Of a stretch of 64,000 nt of DNA, positions 22,431-33,167 are shown in pieces (position 1 is the stretch's first letter; each line of letters opens with the position of its first letter). Below the pieces are notes generated by a model. It saw only the letters and a list, made by a program, of their open reading frames with translations, had not been told where the DNA came from and did no database searches. The position numbers and the translations under genes were made by a program. The DNA is from an uncultured Planctomycetota bacterium. GTDB lineage: Bacteria > Planctomycetota > Planctomycetia > Isosphaerales > Isosphaeraceae. The DNA lies in NCBI GenBank assembly GCA_963823665.1, contig CAWGMQ010000003.1:384001-448000 (forward strand), written 5' to 3'.

Positions 22431-22771
22431 GGCAATTTACACCAGTGTACGGATGCTGGAAGACCTCCAGATATTGCCACTTATTGCCATTTTTCGAGGG
22501 ACTCGACGATTGCTTCCGGCCGAAGCGGTTGCTCTCCAAGTCCAATGGGCATCATCGAATAGGAACAGATCGAGGTTTTTTTCGATGATGGCAAGAGCTC
22601 ATGGCAATGGTCCCTGAAAATTGCCAACGTCACTCGAGGAGGTTGTTCACTATGTTTTTGGACCCTTTTTCCAAGCGAATTCGAGCGGAGATCGGCGCTG
22701 CCTTGGGGGCGCGGACTTCCCTGCGCGCGACCCCATCCACCGCCGGCTGCCCAAGGGAGGGAGGAATGCCC
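22431..22771 (+). repeat. Long non-coding repeat 'A', copy 1
   Basis: Colinear with 24566-25111 (+) and 60065-60425 (-); shared blocks TATTGCCACTTATTGCCATTTTTCGA and TGTTCACTATGTTTTTG. Confidence 0.85.
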
Positions 22772-23169
22772 GTTCGCGAAGCGAAGGGCGATGTTCTCGG
22801 CCGGCGGCTCAAGCACAGATTTGATTGGATGGACTCACGCGTCGCGGCGCGGACGTGCCGGTTGACGCCCGCCGGCCGCTTCGGTGAATGTCGCCAACGA
22901 GACCAGAGGCTCGCGGACTGAACGGACAGTTTGGATGGGGGAATCGCGTCGGGTGTTTTTTCCCCGTTTTTTGGCCGCGGCGCGCGCAAACGTGGAGTTT
23001 CGATCGAGCTGATCGTTGCATCCGTTGCGACGTGAAAAAAATCTCAGGATTTCTGGTCGACGAAATCGCCAAATCCGGGAAACCCGTCGCATAATCTATA
23101 TAGGTCGATCTCGATCGCCGACATTGGAGTCGGCGCGAGGGACCACCCATGTCTCTGGAACCGGAACGG

Positions 23170-23400
23170 AAAACCAGGGCGGTGCCTCGGGAACCCAGGG
23201 CGAGTGCCCTCGGGCTTTGTTGTTTTGGCCTTTCAGGCCGGATGGTGGGCTGTGCGGGATGAAATGGCCTCGAATTTTGAGCTGTGCCGAGCGTGGGACG
23301 GGGCTGGACCACGGGGAGTGGGAGTTTACACGCGGTGGTCGGAGGGATCGCCGCGCAGGAGCCGTGGCGTTTGGAGCTTCGCCTCGCGGGATCAGAATCG
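23170..23400 (+). repeat. Long non-coding repeat 'B', partial copy starting with a CCCAGGGC...GCCCT REP-like hairpin
   Basis: Shares TTTGAGCTGTGCCGAGCGTGGGACG with 23700-23724, and TGTTGTTTTGGCCTTTCAG with the minus-strand copy near 60950. Confidence 0.75.
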
Positions 23401-23614
23401 GCGCTGCAGTTCAGGTCCGGCTGCGACAGAAACGCCAATCCCGTGGGTCGCAAAATGTGACGAACGAACCCAAGACAGCTCAGGTGGCTGGAAATGCGTA
23501 ACTTGGAATTGGAGTGAAGGTTGGATCACGAAAACACCCATGAACGGTGACTTGACAACGTGGCTGAAAAGCGCGAACGAACTCAAGCTCGGCCGATTGG
23601 AGGGGCTGCCCGAA

Positions 23615-23932
23615 GGAAACCCAGGGCGAGTGCCCTGGGCTGTGTTGTTTTGGCGGTTCAGGCCGGTTGGCGGACCGTGCAGCATGAACTGCCACCGAGT
23701 TTGAGCTGTGCCGAGCGTGGGACGAGGGTGGCCGGCGGTGAGGATGAGATTTCACCCGGAGGAGCAAGCGATCGTCGAGCGGCGCTGGTGGCGTTATCCT
23801 CTCTGTTTCTCGGGATTTCCGTGCTGGTTCGGGGCGTTTCGGCCTGCCACGTCACGGGGCTATCAACGGCAATACGCGTGAGACTTTTTTGGGGTCAGGA
23901 GTCCCATTTCGTCCCATCTTGTCCCATCCACC
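23615..23932 (+). repeat. Long non-coding repeat 'B', full copy
   Basis: Colinear with the reverse complement of 60691-60996; shared GTGGCGTTATCCTCT; ends in three GTCCCAT decamers. Confidence 0.85.
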
Positions 23933-24515
23933 GATACTGATTGGAAATGCGCTGCAATGGCTCGGGGGTTTGACGCAAAGTGCAGGAGGGCACGATGATC
24001 TTGCGCCGGTAGACTGGGTGGAAGAAGCAGGGGAGGAGTCGGACGTGATGTTCAACGGCGGAGGACGGGCATGATGGCAGAGTCGCACAAAGAACTAAAC
24101 CACAGGGCACTCGGAGGTCACGGAGACAAGGCATGACGTGCAGTCGATCACCTCTGTGCCCGATGCCGACATCACCCGTCTGCGCGCCCCCTCCACCGCC
24201 GCCTGCGGCGGCAAGTCCCCAACAAGGGCGGTAGGAATACACGGCGGCGCGCGCATATAGAATGAATTTTTACGTTAATCGATCTGATCGCTGGAACCCG
24301 GAATCTTTCTGGAAATCTCCCGTTCGACCGTGCCACGAATCCGCAAGGTCGTCACATATTGTACATGAGGGCGTGCGCGGCGCGGCGGCGGAATCTTGCA
24401 GCCGGCGCGAGCCGGCTGAAGGAACCACTCGGGTCATGTTCTGAAGGCACCCCGCAATGTCCGGAGGAATTTCCTTGACGGCGGATCGGGTTCTTAGAGT
24501 CGGAACGCGACATGA

Positions 24516-24551
24516 GATTATGATTAGGATTAGGATTAGGATTAGGAATAA
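24516..24551. repeat. Hexamer tandem repeat (GATTAG)n
   Basis: GATTAT (GATTAG)x4 GAATAA, immediately upstream of A copy 2. Confidence 0.8.
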
Positions 24552-24565
24552 GATCGGGATGCCGC

Positions 24566-25111
24566 GGGTTTACACTAGTGTACGGATGCTGGAAGGCCGT
24601 CGAACCACTGCCACTTTTTGCCATTTTTTCGGCGTGGTTCAAGCGCGGGTAACACTCCTCGACGCCATTCGAGGCGCAACCGGCCCGCCGGTCCCTTCGT
24701 AGGGTGGGTGTAACCCACCATCCCATATCGTATTACGACCGGTGGGTTGCACCCGCCCTACGTACTGCCGCTCATTAACGGTGTTACCTTAGCGTCGCGT
24801 CCGTTGAACCACGCCATTTTTTCGAGGGGTTCGACGATTGCTTCGGGTGGAGTTGTTTTCTGCAAGTTCAATGGGCATCATCGAATCGGAGCAGTGCGAG
24901 GCGTTCTTCGGCGATGGCAAAAGCTCGTGGCATATGCCACCCAAAACTGCCACGGCGAATCGATGGCGCTGTTCACTATGTTTTTGGTCCTTTTTTTTTA
25001 CGGCACTCGAAGGGAGACTCGCGCCGCCTGGAGGGCGCGGTCTTCCCTGGGCGGAGGCCCCCCACCGCCGCCGCCGCCGGCACCTCCCCCGCATCGGCGG
25101 GAGGAATGCCC
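24566..25111 (+). repeat. Long non-coding repeat 'A', copy 2, interrupted by a MITE
   Basis: Removing 24631-24823 restores continuity with copy 1 (TTTACAC-AGTGTACGGATGCTGGAAG...TTGCCATTTTT-CGAGGG..TCGACGATTGCTTC). Confidence 0.85.
24631..24815. mobile_element. 185-bp non-autonomous MITE
   Basis: 12-bp perfect TIR GGCGTGGTTCAA/TTGAACCACGCC; 8-bp direct repeat ATTTTTTC at 24623-24630 and 24816-24823; internal GTAG-type REP inverted pair at 24698-24762. Confidence 0.85.
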
Positions 25112-25510
25112 ATGTCGCCTGCGGCGGCACCTCCCCTGTGCGCCTGGTCCCCCACCGCCGCCGCCGGCCACCTCACGCCTGCCCACCCCCCCACTGCCGC
25201 CGAGGGCGGCACCTCCCCCACGGTGGGGAGGAATGCTTTCAAAGCGTATTGAACTGGCAACTCTTAAGCAAATACTTCACCTGAAAAGAGCAGTTAACCA
25301 GCTATCGCGATTGAATTTGCGATTTTCACACAAAACGAAAAATGTGATCGAGAGATGGGCGAGGGCGAAAACCTGTCGCATTATATAATAGGGGCCCGGT
25401 GCGGGCATGGTGGTCGAGTCACCGTTGGGCTGCGCAGGCACGCGCCTGCACGCCCCCCCACCGCCGCCTGTGGCGGCACCTCCGCCGCGGTGTGGGAGAG
25501 GAATGCCTTT
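25055..25510 (+). repeat. Cluster of REP-like CCCCCACCGCCGCC..GGCGGCACCTCCCC...GGAGGAATGC units
   Basis: Related units at about 25058-25111, 25186-25238 and 25452-25508; also 24187-24240 and 22730-22771. Confidence 0.65.
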
Positions 25511-25995
25511 GGGCGCGGGGCCGGTGAGGCAGCGCGACACTGACCGTAGCCTGGGTAACCATGCTGGTTGGTCCGGGGCTCGACTCTCACTTCCTCTCAT
25601 CTCGTCGCATTCATTACCACGGCGCGAGCCGATTTTTTCCAATCGTCATTCCCGATGAGCGTCATTCGGTCCCTTGACCTCAGGACTCGATCGCGTCGTT
25701 TACCTCTGCGCAACGGGTGCGCCCGGGTGGCTGCGCGCCGGGCTGGGAACCGCGAGCGGGGGATCGAAAGAGCCCTGCGTTTTGCTATCAAAAGTTATCA
25801 TTTTGCTCCATGGTCGTGGAACCTGAAACATGGACGAAAGCGCAAGTCGCTCTTGCACTAGTGCGGAGCGAGCCAACCCAAGCGCAGGCGCAGAGCGCCT
25901 TGGCGTCTGGCTCGCGTCGGTCCGTGATTGAATCGATGGCACACCGCCGACGTGTCATCGCTCGCCCTCGAGATCCGGCAATTTCACAGACTGAC

Positions 25996-27942
25996 TCAAG
26001 CGCTGCTCTGGGCCAGAACAGGCTCTCGCGATCCGGCTGTGTACTTGTGCCGCCGGCGCGATGCTTCGACCTTTCGCGGCGGCCGGGGCGGGCGCCTGGG
26101 CCGCTCGGGCATGCGGCCGATTGAGCGGTTGAATGTGGCGAGCGTCAGGCCCAGGAACAGGAATGCGACTCCGATTGTGAGCAAGAGGACGATCACATGT
26201 CCAACGTAAAATGCATACCGGTTGAGCGCGCCAGCCCATTGCACCGACAGGTACGGCGTGATCTGGGCGGCGAGCGGGCAGATGCTGGCCTCGATCATCG
26301 CGCAGAACTGCATCGCGTCCTGGTCGTCCTGGCGGACGAGCCCGACCCAGGAGAGTATGCTCGGGACGATTCCTTCCTCGAGCAACATGGGCCAGCCAAA
26401 GGCGATGAGCGCGTAGGCGGCCACGCTTGCGGCGATCGCCCGACCCACGCGCGGTATCCACGTGGCGAGGGCGAGGCCGAAGCTCGCCACGGCCGCTCCC
26501 TGGGCGAGGAAGAAGGCCGTGGGCAGGCAGGCGAAGGCAAGTCGATCGATCCATCCCATGGGATCATGCGGTTGCCTGATCCGGGTGAATTCAACAGGGA
26601 TCACGGGATATGTGAATCCCACGATGAGGGCTCCAATGGCCGGGAGCAGGGCCAGAGCCGGCACGACGCGATAGGCTCCCCACCACTTCGCCAGGACGAT
26701 TCGATCGGTGGGAAGAGGAGTTGTCATGAGCACATCGAGGCTGCCACGCGTGCGCTCTTCGGCCAGCGCGGTCGGTGCGTAAATGGTCACGAGCAGCAGA
26801 CCGAATGTGACCTGCACGCCGCTCAGGAGCCCGACGGTGTCTGGGTCGAAGTCGTCGCTGGAGACGGCGAGCAGGACGCTCCAAGCCGTGCCGGCCACGG
26901 CCAGCGCGAGATAGCAGCCCCACATGATTCTGGCCAGCCTGGACGGGCGGCCGCGCCGCCATTCGCGCCAGAGGACCGGGTCGTTGTCGAGCGATGGGGT
27001 TCGGCGCCTGGCCTCGAGCCAGGCGCGAGCGCGGGAAATCAAGCGGAATACGCTGGTCGCGCGTGCTGTTGTCAACAGACGCACTCTCGCGGAGCGAAAG
27101 GCGACTATCGGCCTGGTCGTGCGAGCTGCGGTTCCTTTGGTCGTCTCGGCCCTGAGGCGAAGCACGGAGTACGCGATCAGTGCCGCCGACAAGACGATGG
27201 CTGCGGCGAGCACGAGGGCATAAAACTCGATCCCCAGGCCCCACGACGAGTCGTATGGCGCCCAGGCCAGAACGAAAGGATTGATGTTCATGTACCAGTT
27301 GGGTGGGCCGGGGAGGCCCCCGACATCTTCCAGAAGGGACCAGACGACTGGGCCGAGGATCCAGAGGGCCTCGATCCCGTACACAGCCATCAGGACCTCG
27401 TGCACTTTTGTTGCGCGGACGGAGATCGCCAGCGCGAGCGCGCACACGAGGAATGCGAGCACGAACGTGATCAGCGTGAGTGTGGCGATCGCCTCGATGA
27501 TGATTCCACCCAGGAGCCCGGCAAGTGCCAGCACTGGCACCGTGGCGCCGACCAGGGCAAAGACCGGAAGGAGCCGCGCGGCCAGCTTGCCGAGCACGAT
27601 CTCGGAGTCGGCGAGATCGGTAACCAGCATGTGGGTGAGCGTTCCGCCCGCACGATCGACGCAGATCGCACCGGCAGTCGCCGCCGGCGCGACGAGGAGG
27701 ACCAAGACGAGCTGTACTGTCGCGATGCTGTAGTAGAACGATTCACCGAGCGTTGCCAGCAATCGGATCGAGCCGCTCCCTGCGGGCCCGCCAATCGCAT
27801 TGACCACGCTGTAGAGGACCACTGCAAGTGCGAGCAGAAGCCCGAGCACGAACAGCGAACGCACGGCGTAGAGTTGCCAGCGCCTGGTGGCGGCGACGGA
27901 CTCATGAATGAAAACGGGCCCAGGCCCGAAGTGAAGCGGCAT
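25996..27942 (-). CDS. ABC-2 type transporter permease with an internally duplicated domain
   Basis: Two ABC-2-like halves (PAATAGAICVDRAGGTLTHMLVTDL...IVLGK; PTALAEERTRGSLDVLMTTPL...IVLAK); DPVLWREW linker; many TM segments. Confidence 0.8.
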   Translation of the reverse strand: MPLHFGPGPVFIHESVAATRRWQLYAVRSLFVLGLLLALAVVLYSVVNAIGGPAGSGSIRLLATLGESFYYSIATVQLVLVLLVAPAATAGAICVDRAGGTLTHMLVTDLADSEIVLGKLAARLLPVFALVGATVPVLALAGLLGGIIIEAIATLTLITFVLAFLVCALALAISVRATKVHEVLMAVYGIEALWILGPVVWSLLEDVGGLPGPPNWYMNINPFVLAWAPYDSSWGLGIEFYALVLAAAIVLSAALIAYSVLRLRAETTKGTAARTTRPIVAFRSARVRLLTTARATSVFRLISRARAWLEARRRTPSLDNDPVLWREWRRGRPSRLARIMWGCYLALAVAGTAWSVLLAVSSDDFDPDTVGLLSGVQVTFGLLLVTIYAPTALAEERTRGSLDVLMTTPLPTDRIVLAKWWGAYRVVPALALLPAIGALIVGFTYPVIPVEFTRIRQPHDPMGWIDRLAFACLPTAFFLAQGAAVASFGLALATWIPRVGRAIAASVAAYALIAFGWPMLLEEGIVPSILSWVGLVRQDDQDAMQFCAMIEASICPLAAQITPYLSVQWAGALNRYAFYVGHVIVLLLTIGVAFLFLGLTLATFNRSIGRMPERPRRPPRPPRKVEASRRRHKYTAGSREPVLAQSSA

Positions 27943-28273
27943 CGGCGACCTCCTTGCGGCGATGCGCACCTTCTCGCTCTCCGGTCGAGGAGCGCATAGA
28001 CAATATGATTACGAGACCGACCACCCCTGACAAGCTTGCACGGCTCGACTCGCAATTTTGTTCAACCGCTCAATGAAAGATTCCGGGCTCTGGGGCCGTA
28101 TCTGTAAGAGCTGCGTGGCGAGCGGACTCCGAGAGTCAAGATCGAGATTTGAAACCCCTTTATTGAATGACTACGGTCCATTGCTGCACCCAAGACCGCG
28201 CGTTAGGATCGGACGACTGCCAAATGTGTGACACCAGGGCACTGAGGCAACGACGCACTTCTGGAGGGTATCG

Positions 28274-31200
28274 ATGAGCGATTTACAGCCGAACGGCTCG
28301 CAATCGTCATCGAACATGCCTCTGACGTATGTCGTCGATTTGTGCGAGCGGTTCGAGATCGAATGGCGAGGCGGTGGGACGCCGCGGATCGAGACGTATC
28401 TCGAAGGCATTCCGCCGGGGGAGCGCGAGAGGCTGCTGCGCGAGCTGCTGGCGGTGGAGGTGGAGCTGCGGATTTCTCAGGGCGAGAATCCGACTCCGGA
28501 AAAGCTCCGCGTGCGTTATCCGGACTGGGGCCATGCGATCACGATCGCCCTGGAGCGCGGTCGCCAGGCGGCGGAGGCGGCACGGGAGGGGATGGAGCGA
28601 CCGGCCGGCGTGAGGAACGACGGCAATGCGCTTGGTCCAACGCGGAGACTTTCCTCGAGCGGCATCGATCACGCCGACGTGACGGTTGGCTCGGTATGCT
28701 GGCCCGATGCCGGCTCAAGCGGCGGCGGGATCGGTTCCAGGCCGTCGCGGCTCGGGCGGTACGAGGTGATCAGCGAGCTGGGTCGAGGCGGATTCGGCAC
28801 GGTGTATCTCGGACGCGACGGCGAGCTTTCGCGGCCGGTGGCGATCAAGGTGCCGCGGCGGGGGCTGCTGCGCTCGACGGAGCAAGTCGATTCATTTCTC
28901 GCTGAGGCACGAAACGCAGCAGGCTTGTGCCATCCCGCGATCGTGGCGGTGCACGACGTGGGTCGATTCGATGACTTCGGGGTTTTCGTTGTCTTCGAGT
29001 TTGTCGAGGGGCGTAACCTTGCCGAAATACTGGGCTCGGAGCGGTTGTCACCGAGTCAGATCGCGGGGCTCTTGATTCCGATCGCGGAGGCGGCCCACCA
29101 TGCGCATCGGGCCGGTCTGGTCCATCGCGACCTGAAGCCGTCGAACATCCTGATCGATGCGGCCGGCGGGCCGCACATCACCGACTTCGGGCTGGCGATT
29201 CGCGAGGACTTGCAGGATTTGCGGGTGGGCGAGATTGCGGGGACACCGCATTTCATGGCACCGGAGCAGGTGCGAGGCGAGACGCATCGACTGGACGGCC
29301 GGACCGACGTCTGGGCCATCGGGGTGATGCTCTACCGCGCGCTCCTCGACCGTCAACCGTTCGGGGGCCGGGATTACAACGAGATTTTTGACGAGATTCT
29401 GCATCGCGACCCCAAGCCTCCCCGGCAGATCAACGACCGGATTCCGCGCGAGCTGGAGCGGATCTGTCTCAAGTGTCTTGCCAAGCGAATGGCCGATCGC
29501 CACGAAACGGCCGCTGACCTTGCCGACGATCTCCGCCGCTGGGCGACCGCGGAGGCATCAACCGACGCATTTTCCAAGACGCCGCATGTGACCGACGTGA
29601 CTGCGCGGGGCACTTCGATTTCGCGGGTGGTTCCCAAGGGGCTGCGCACGTTCGAGGTCGAGGATGCCGATTTCTTCCTCAAGCTGGTGCCGGGCCCGCG
29701 CGACTGCGACGGCGTGCCGGAGGTGATTCGCGGCTGGAAGCGGCGGATCGAGGAGCGCGACCTATCCCGCACGTTTTCGGTAGGTCTGCTTTACGGCCCG
29801 TCCGGCAGCGGCAAATCATCGTTGCTCAAGGCGGGGGTGATTCCTCGGCTCTCGCGTCATGTTCGTCCGGTGTATGTCTCGGCATCCGCGAGCGGGACTG
29901 AAATGCGCATCCGGGCCGCTCTGGACGGTGAAGCGGGCATCCTGCCGGCTGGCGGCGAGCTTGATCTGGCCATTGCCGCGCTGCGGGAGCGTGGGGCAAG
30001 GCAGCGTGGCTCGAAGGTGCTTCTGGTGCTGGACCAGTTCGAGCAGTGGCTGCAGAGCCACCCGGACGATCTCGACGGAGAGCTGGTGCGTGCGCTGCGG
30101 CAATGCGATGGACTCTGCTGCCAGGCGATCTTGCTCGTGCGCGACGACTTCTGGATGGCGACGACCCGATTCTTCCAGGCGCTTGATGTGCGGCTGCTGG
30201 AAGGGGTGAACTCGGCGCCGGTGGAGCTGTTCGACCTGCAGCACGCCGGTGTTGTGCTGGGTGAGCTTGGTAAAGCGCTCGGCCGCGTCAAGGAGGGGCC
30301 GATCGTGCCGGGCTCGGAAGAAGCGCGGTTCATCGAGAGGGCGGTGAACGAGCTGGCGGGGCCGGATGGCCGGGTGATCCCGGTGCGTCTGGTGCTGTTT
30401 GCGGAAATGGTGCGGCACCGCGACTGGAAAACGCGGACGCTGCGTGAGCTTGGGGGGATGAAAGGAATCGGCGAGATCTTTCTGGAGGAGAGCTTCTCGG
30501 CGCGGTCGGCCCCGCTGCCTCATCGCGTTCACCAGCGGGCTGCGCAGGCGGTTCTTCAGGCGCTCTTGCCGGATTCTCGATCGGACATCCGCGATCAAAT
30601 CAAGCCGGTGGCGCTGCTGCGCGAGGCGTCGGGGTACGCCAACCGGCCCAGCGATTTCGACGAGCTCATGTACATCCTCGACAACGAGCTGCGGATGGTG
30701 ACGCCCGTTGATCCAATGTCGCAAAGCGGCGAGATCGATGGTGCGCCTGGACGCAGGGGAGGGACTTACTATCAGCTCACGCACGACTACCTGGTGCCGT
30801 CGCTCCGCCAGTGGCTTTCGCGCAAGCAGCGCCAGACAAGGCGCGGCCGGGCGGAGCTGCAGCTTGCCTCGACGACGGCGCTATGGTGTGACCGGCCCGA
30901 CTCGCGCCGGCTGCCGTCGTTCGTGGAGTGGCTCGAGATCCTGGCCTTTACCCGGGCGCGGACCTGGACCACGTTCGAGCGGCGGATGATGAAGCAGGCG
31001 ATGCGGCACTTTGTGGTTCGCGCGGCGGCGGCACTCCTACTGGCGTTCGTGGGTGTTTATGCGATCACGACGATGCTGGCCCGGGAGCGAGCGCATTCTG
31101 CCCTGAAAGCGGCGCTGCTGGCTGGCGAGGCGGACTTGCCGCGATCACTTGCCGACTTGCGTTACCATAGCGACACGCTGCGGCCGAATCTGGAACGACT

Positions 31201-33157
31201 CGAGGCCAGTGGCGGCGCGTCTGTACGGGAACGGCAGATCGCCGCACTTGCGCTCTACCGCGATCGCCCGAGCGCCAATCGCGCTCGATTCCTGTCGGAA
31301 TGTCTTCTGCGGGCGGAACCCGACCTGACGAAAGTGATCGGCGATGCCCTTGCCGAGCACCCGGCGGAAGCCGGCATCGAGAAGCTGCGCGGCGTGGTGC
31401 TCGATGAAGCGTCAGAGCCGGGGGCGCGGCTCCGGAGCGCTTGCGCGCTGGCCAAGCTCGAGAGCGGAGCCGCGGAAGGGCTTTTGCCGAGTGCGGAATC
31501 GCTGGCGGAAGCGCTCATGAACGAGCCGCCCCAGAACCTGGCAAGCTGGATCGCGCTGCTGGGCCCCGTTTCCCCGAGCCTCGAACCCCCGTTGCGGAAG
31601 ATCTGTTGCGACCCGGGCCGCGACGTGCGTGCTCAATCGAGTGCGGCCGAGGTGCTGGCGGTGCAGTTGCACGGCGAGAAAGAGCAGGCGATGCTGGCCC
31701 GTTTGACAGCCGACGCGACGCCCGTCGCGTCGCGAGTGTTGCTTTCAGAGCTGGTGCGGTCTGGACCGTCAGCCCAGTCGATCGACGTGCTGCGAAACGT
31801 GCTGGACGAGCGGCTCGCCGATATTGAGGATGAGGCCGGCAAGGAATCGCTGGCGAGCCGCCAGGCCTCCGCCGGGATCGCGCTGGCCGCACTCGGACGG
31901 CCCGAGCTGCTCGGCGAGTTGCTCCGGCACCGAAGCGACCCGCGATTGCGATCGATGTTGATCGAGCGCCTCTCCGGCGGCGCGCTCGGCGCGAGGGTCC
32001 TGCTGGAACGGCTAGCGCAGCCGGAGATCGACCCGGTCGAGCGCCAAGCAATTCTGCTGGCTTCCGCCGAGATGCACCACGCCGCGCTCGGAGAAGGCAT
32101 CAAGACGGCGGTCGTCGCAAGGTCGCGCGCGCTCTATCGAGAAGACGCCGATCCCGGGGTGCATTCGGCCGCGGAGCTGCTTCTCTTGCGCTGGGGCGGA
32201 CCCGAGATGCTGGCGCAGGTCCAGACAGAGCTGGAAAGCTCGACTTCGGCCAATGCAGGTCTGCGCTGGACGATCGGCCCCAACGAGCACACGTTTGCCA
32301 TTCTCGAGGGACCGCTCGAGTTCCAGATGGGAGCACCAGCGGGCAAGGGCGAATTCTACGGCTCGCCCGTCTTGCACTACCGCAAGATCGATCGATCGAT
32401 TGCGGTTGCGACGAAAGAGGTCTCTCTCAAGCAATTCCAGCGCTTCCGCGCGGAACACCGGAACGAAGCGCGGTATGGCGACGGGCCGGATTGCGCTGCG
32501 ATCAATGTCTCCTGGTTTGCAGCGGCCGAGTACTGCAACTGGCTGAGCAAGGAAGGCAAGATTCCCAAGAGCGAGTGGTGTTATCCGGAGAACGCTGGAC
32601 CGGGGATGGTTCTCTCGGAGGATGCGGTGAAACGCACCGGGTTCCGCATGCCGACCGAAGCCGAGTGGGAGTATTTCTGTCGAGCCGGCACGCAGACCGC
32701 GCGGCCATTTGGTGAGTCAACCGATCTCCTCTCTCGATATGCCTGGACCTGGTTGAATTCCGGCAATCAGATCCATCCGGTGGGTCAGCTCTTGCCCAAC
32801 GAATTCGGCCTCTTCGACGTGCTGGGCAATGCCTGGGAGTGGTGCCAGGACGGGCCGATCGGTCATTATCGCTACCCCGATACGGATTTCCCCTCATACC
32901 CACCCGGGACGAAAGAGGACCCTGCCGGCGACCCCACTTGTACCGAGACCGTTGACTTCATCGACCGCGCGCGCGAGACCTGGCGAATCCTGCGTGGAGG
33001 TGCTTACAGCTACGCTCCCGATCGCGCCCGCTCGGCTTACCGTGACTGGGAGCCCTCCCACGATCTTCGCGAGTACCTTGGACTTCGCGTGGTGAGGACG
33101 CTGCCGCGTCGCACCGAACTTTCCTCACAACGAACGCAATCTCGTTCAGACCCATGA
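28274..33157 (+). CDS. Ser/Thr kinase + P-loop NTPase (STAND-like) + helical repeats + FGE-sulfatase (SUMF1) domain protein
   Basis: LGRGGFGTVY, VAIK, HRDLKPSNIL, DFGL; GPSGSGKSS and LVLDQFEQ; FRMPTEAEWEYFCRAG, PNEFGLFDVLGNAWEW. Confidence 0.92.
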   Translation: MSDLQPNGSQSSSNMPLTYVVDLCERFEIEWRGGGTPRIETYLEGIPPGERERLLRELLAVEVELRISQGENPTPEKLRVRYPDWGHAITIALERGRQAAEAAREGMERPAGVRNDGNALGPTRRLSSSGIDHADVTVGSVCWPDAGSSGGGIGSRPSRLGRYEVISELGRGGFGTVYLGRDGELSRPVAIKVPRRGLLRSTEQVDSFLAEARNAAGLCHPAIVAVHDVGRFDDFGVFVVFEFVEGRNLAEILGSERLSPSQIAGLLIPIAEAAHHAHRAGLVHRDLKPSNILIDAAGGPHITDFGLAIREDLQDLRVGEIAGTPHFMAPEQVRGETHRLDGRTDVWAIGVMLYRALLDRQPFGGRDYNEIFDEILHRDPKPPRQINDRIPRELERICLKCLAKRMADRHETAADLADDLRRWATAEASTDAFSKTPHVTDVTARGTSISRVVPKGLRTFEVEDADFFLKLVPGPRDCDGVPEVIRGWKRRIEERDLSRTFSVGLLYGPSGSGKSSLLKAGVIPRLSRHVRPVYVSASASGTEMRIRAALDGEAGILPAGGELDLAIAALRERGARQRGSKVLLVLDQFEQWLQSHPDDLDGELVRALRQCDGLCCQAILLVRDDFWMATTRFFQALDVRLLEGVNSAPVELFDLQHAGVVLGELGKALGRVKEGPIVPGSEEARFIERAVNELAGPDGRVIPVRLVLFAEMVRHRDWKTRTLRELGGMKGIGEIFLEESFSARSAPLPHRVHQRAAQAVLQALLPDSRSDIRDQIKPVALLREASGYANRPSDFDELMYILDNELRMVTPVDPMSQSGEIDGAPGRRGGTYYQLTHDYLVPSLRQWLSRKQRQTRRGRAELQLASTTALWCDRPDSRRLPSFVEWLEILAFTRARTWTTFERRMMKQAMRHFVVRAAAALLLAFVGVYAITTMLARERAHSALKAALLAGEADLPRSLADLRYHSDTLRPNLERLEASGGASVRERQIAALALYRDRPSANRARFLSECLLRAEPDLTKVIGDALAEHPAEAGIEKLRGVVLDEASEPGARLRSACALAKLESGAAEGLLPSAESLAEALMNEPPQNLASWIALLGPVSPSLEPPLRKICCDPGRDVRAQSSAAEVLAVQLHGEKEQAMLARLTADATPVASRVLLSELVRSGPSAQSIDVLRNVLDERLADIEDEAGKESLASRQASAGIALAALGRPELLGELLRHRSDPRLRSMLIERLSGGALGARVLLERLAQPEIDPVERQAILLASAEMHHAALGEGIKTAVVARSRALYREDADPGVHSAAELLLLRWGGPEMLAQVQTELESSTSANAGLRWTIGPNEHTFAILEGPLEFQMGAPAGKGEFYGSPVLHYRKIDRSIAVATKEVSLKQFQRFRAEHRNEARYGDGPDCAAINVSWFAAAEYCNWLSKEGKIPKSEWCYPENAGPGMVLSEDAVKRTGFRMPTEAEWEYFCRAGTQTARPFGESTDLLSRYAWTWLNSGNQIHPVGQLLPNEFGLFDVLGNAWEWCQDGPIGHYRYPDTDFPSYPPGTKEDPAGDPTCTETVDFIDRARETWRILRGGAYSYAPDRARSAYRDWEPSHDLREYLGLRVVRTLPRRTELSSQRTQSRSDP

Positions 33158-33167
33158 CTGGAGCTCG

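Noticed and set aside
24516..24551. Telomere-like TTAGGA repeat
   Set aside because: Only about six units inside a bacterial intergenic region; treated as a simple tandem repeat.
21300..25990. Many short ORFs, including LFTMFL-containing ones shared with 59956-60549
   Set aside because: The peptide similarity comes from the DNA repeat; frames and strands are inconsistent between copies and no family is recognisable. A degraded ancestral gene cannot be fully excluded.
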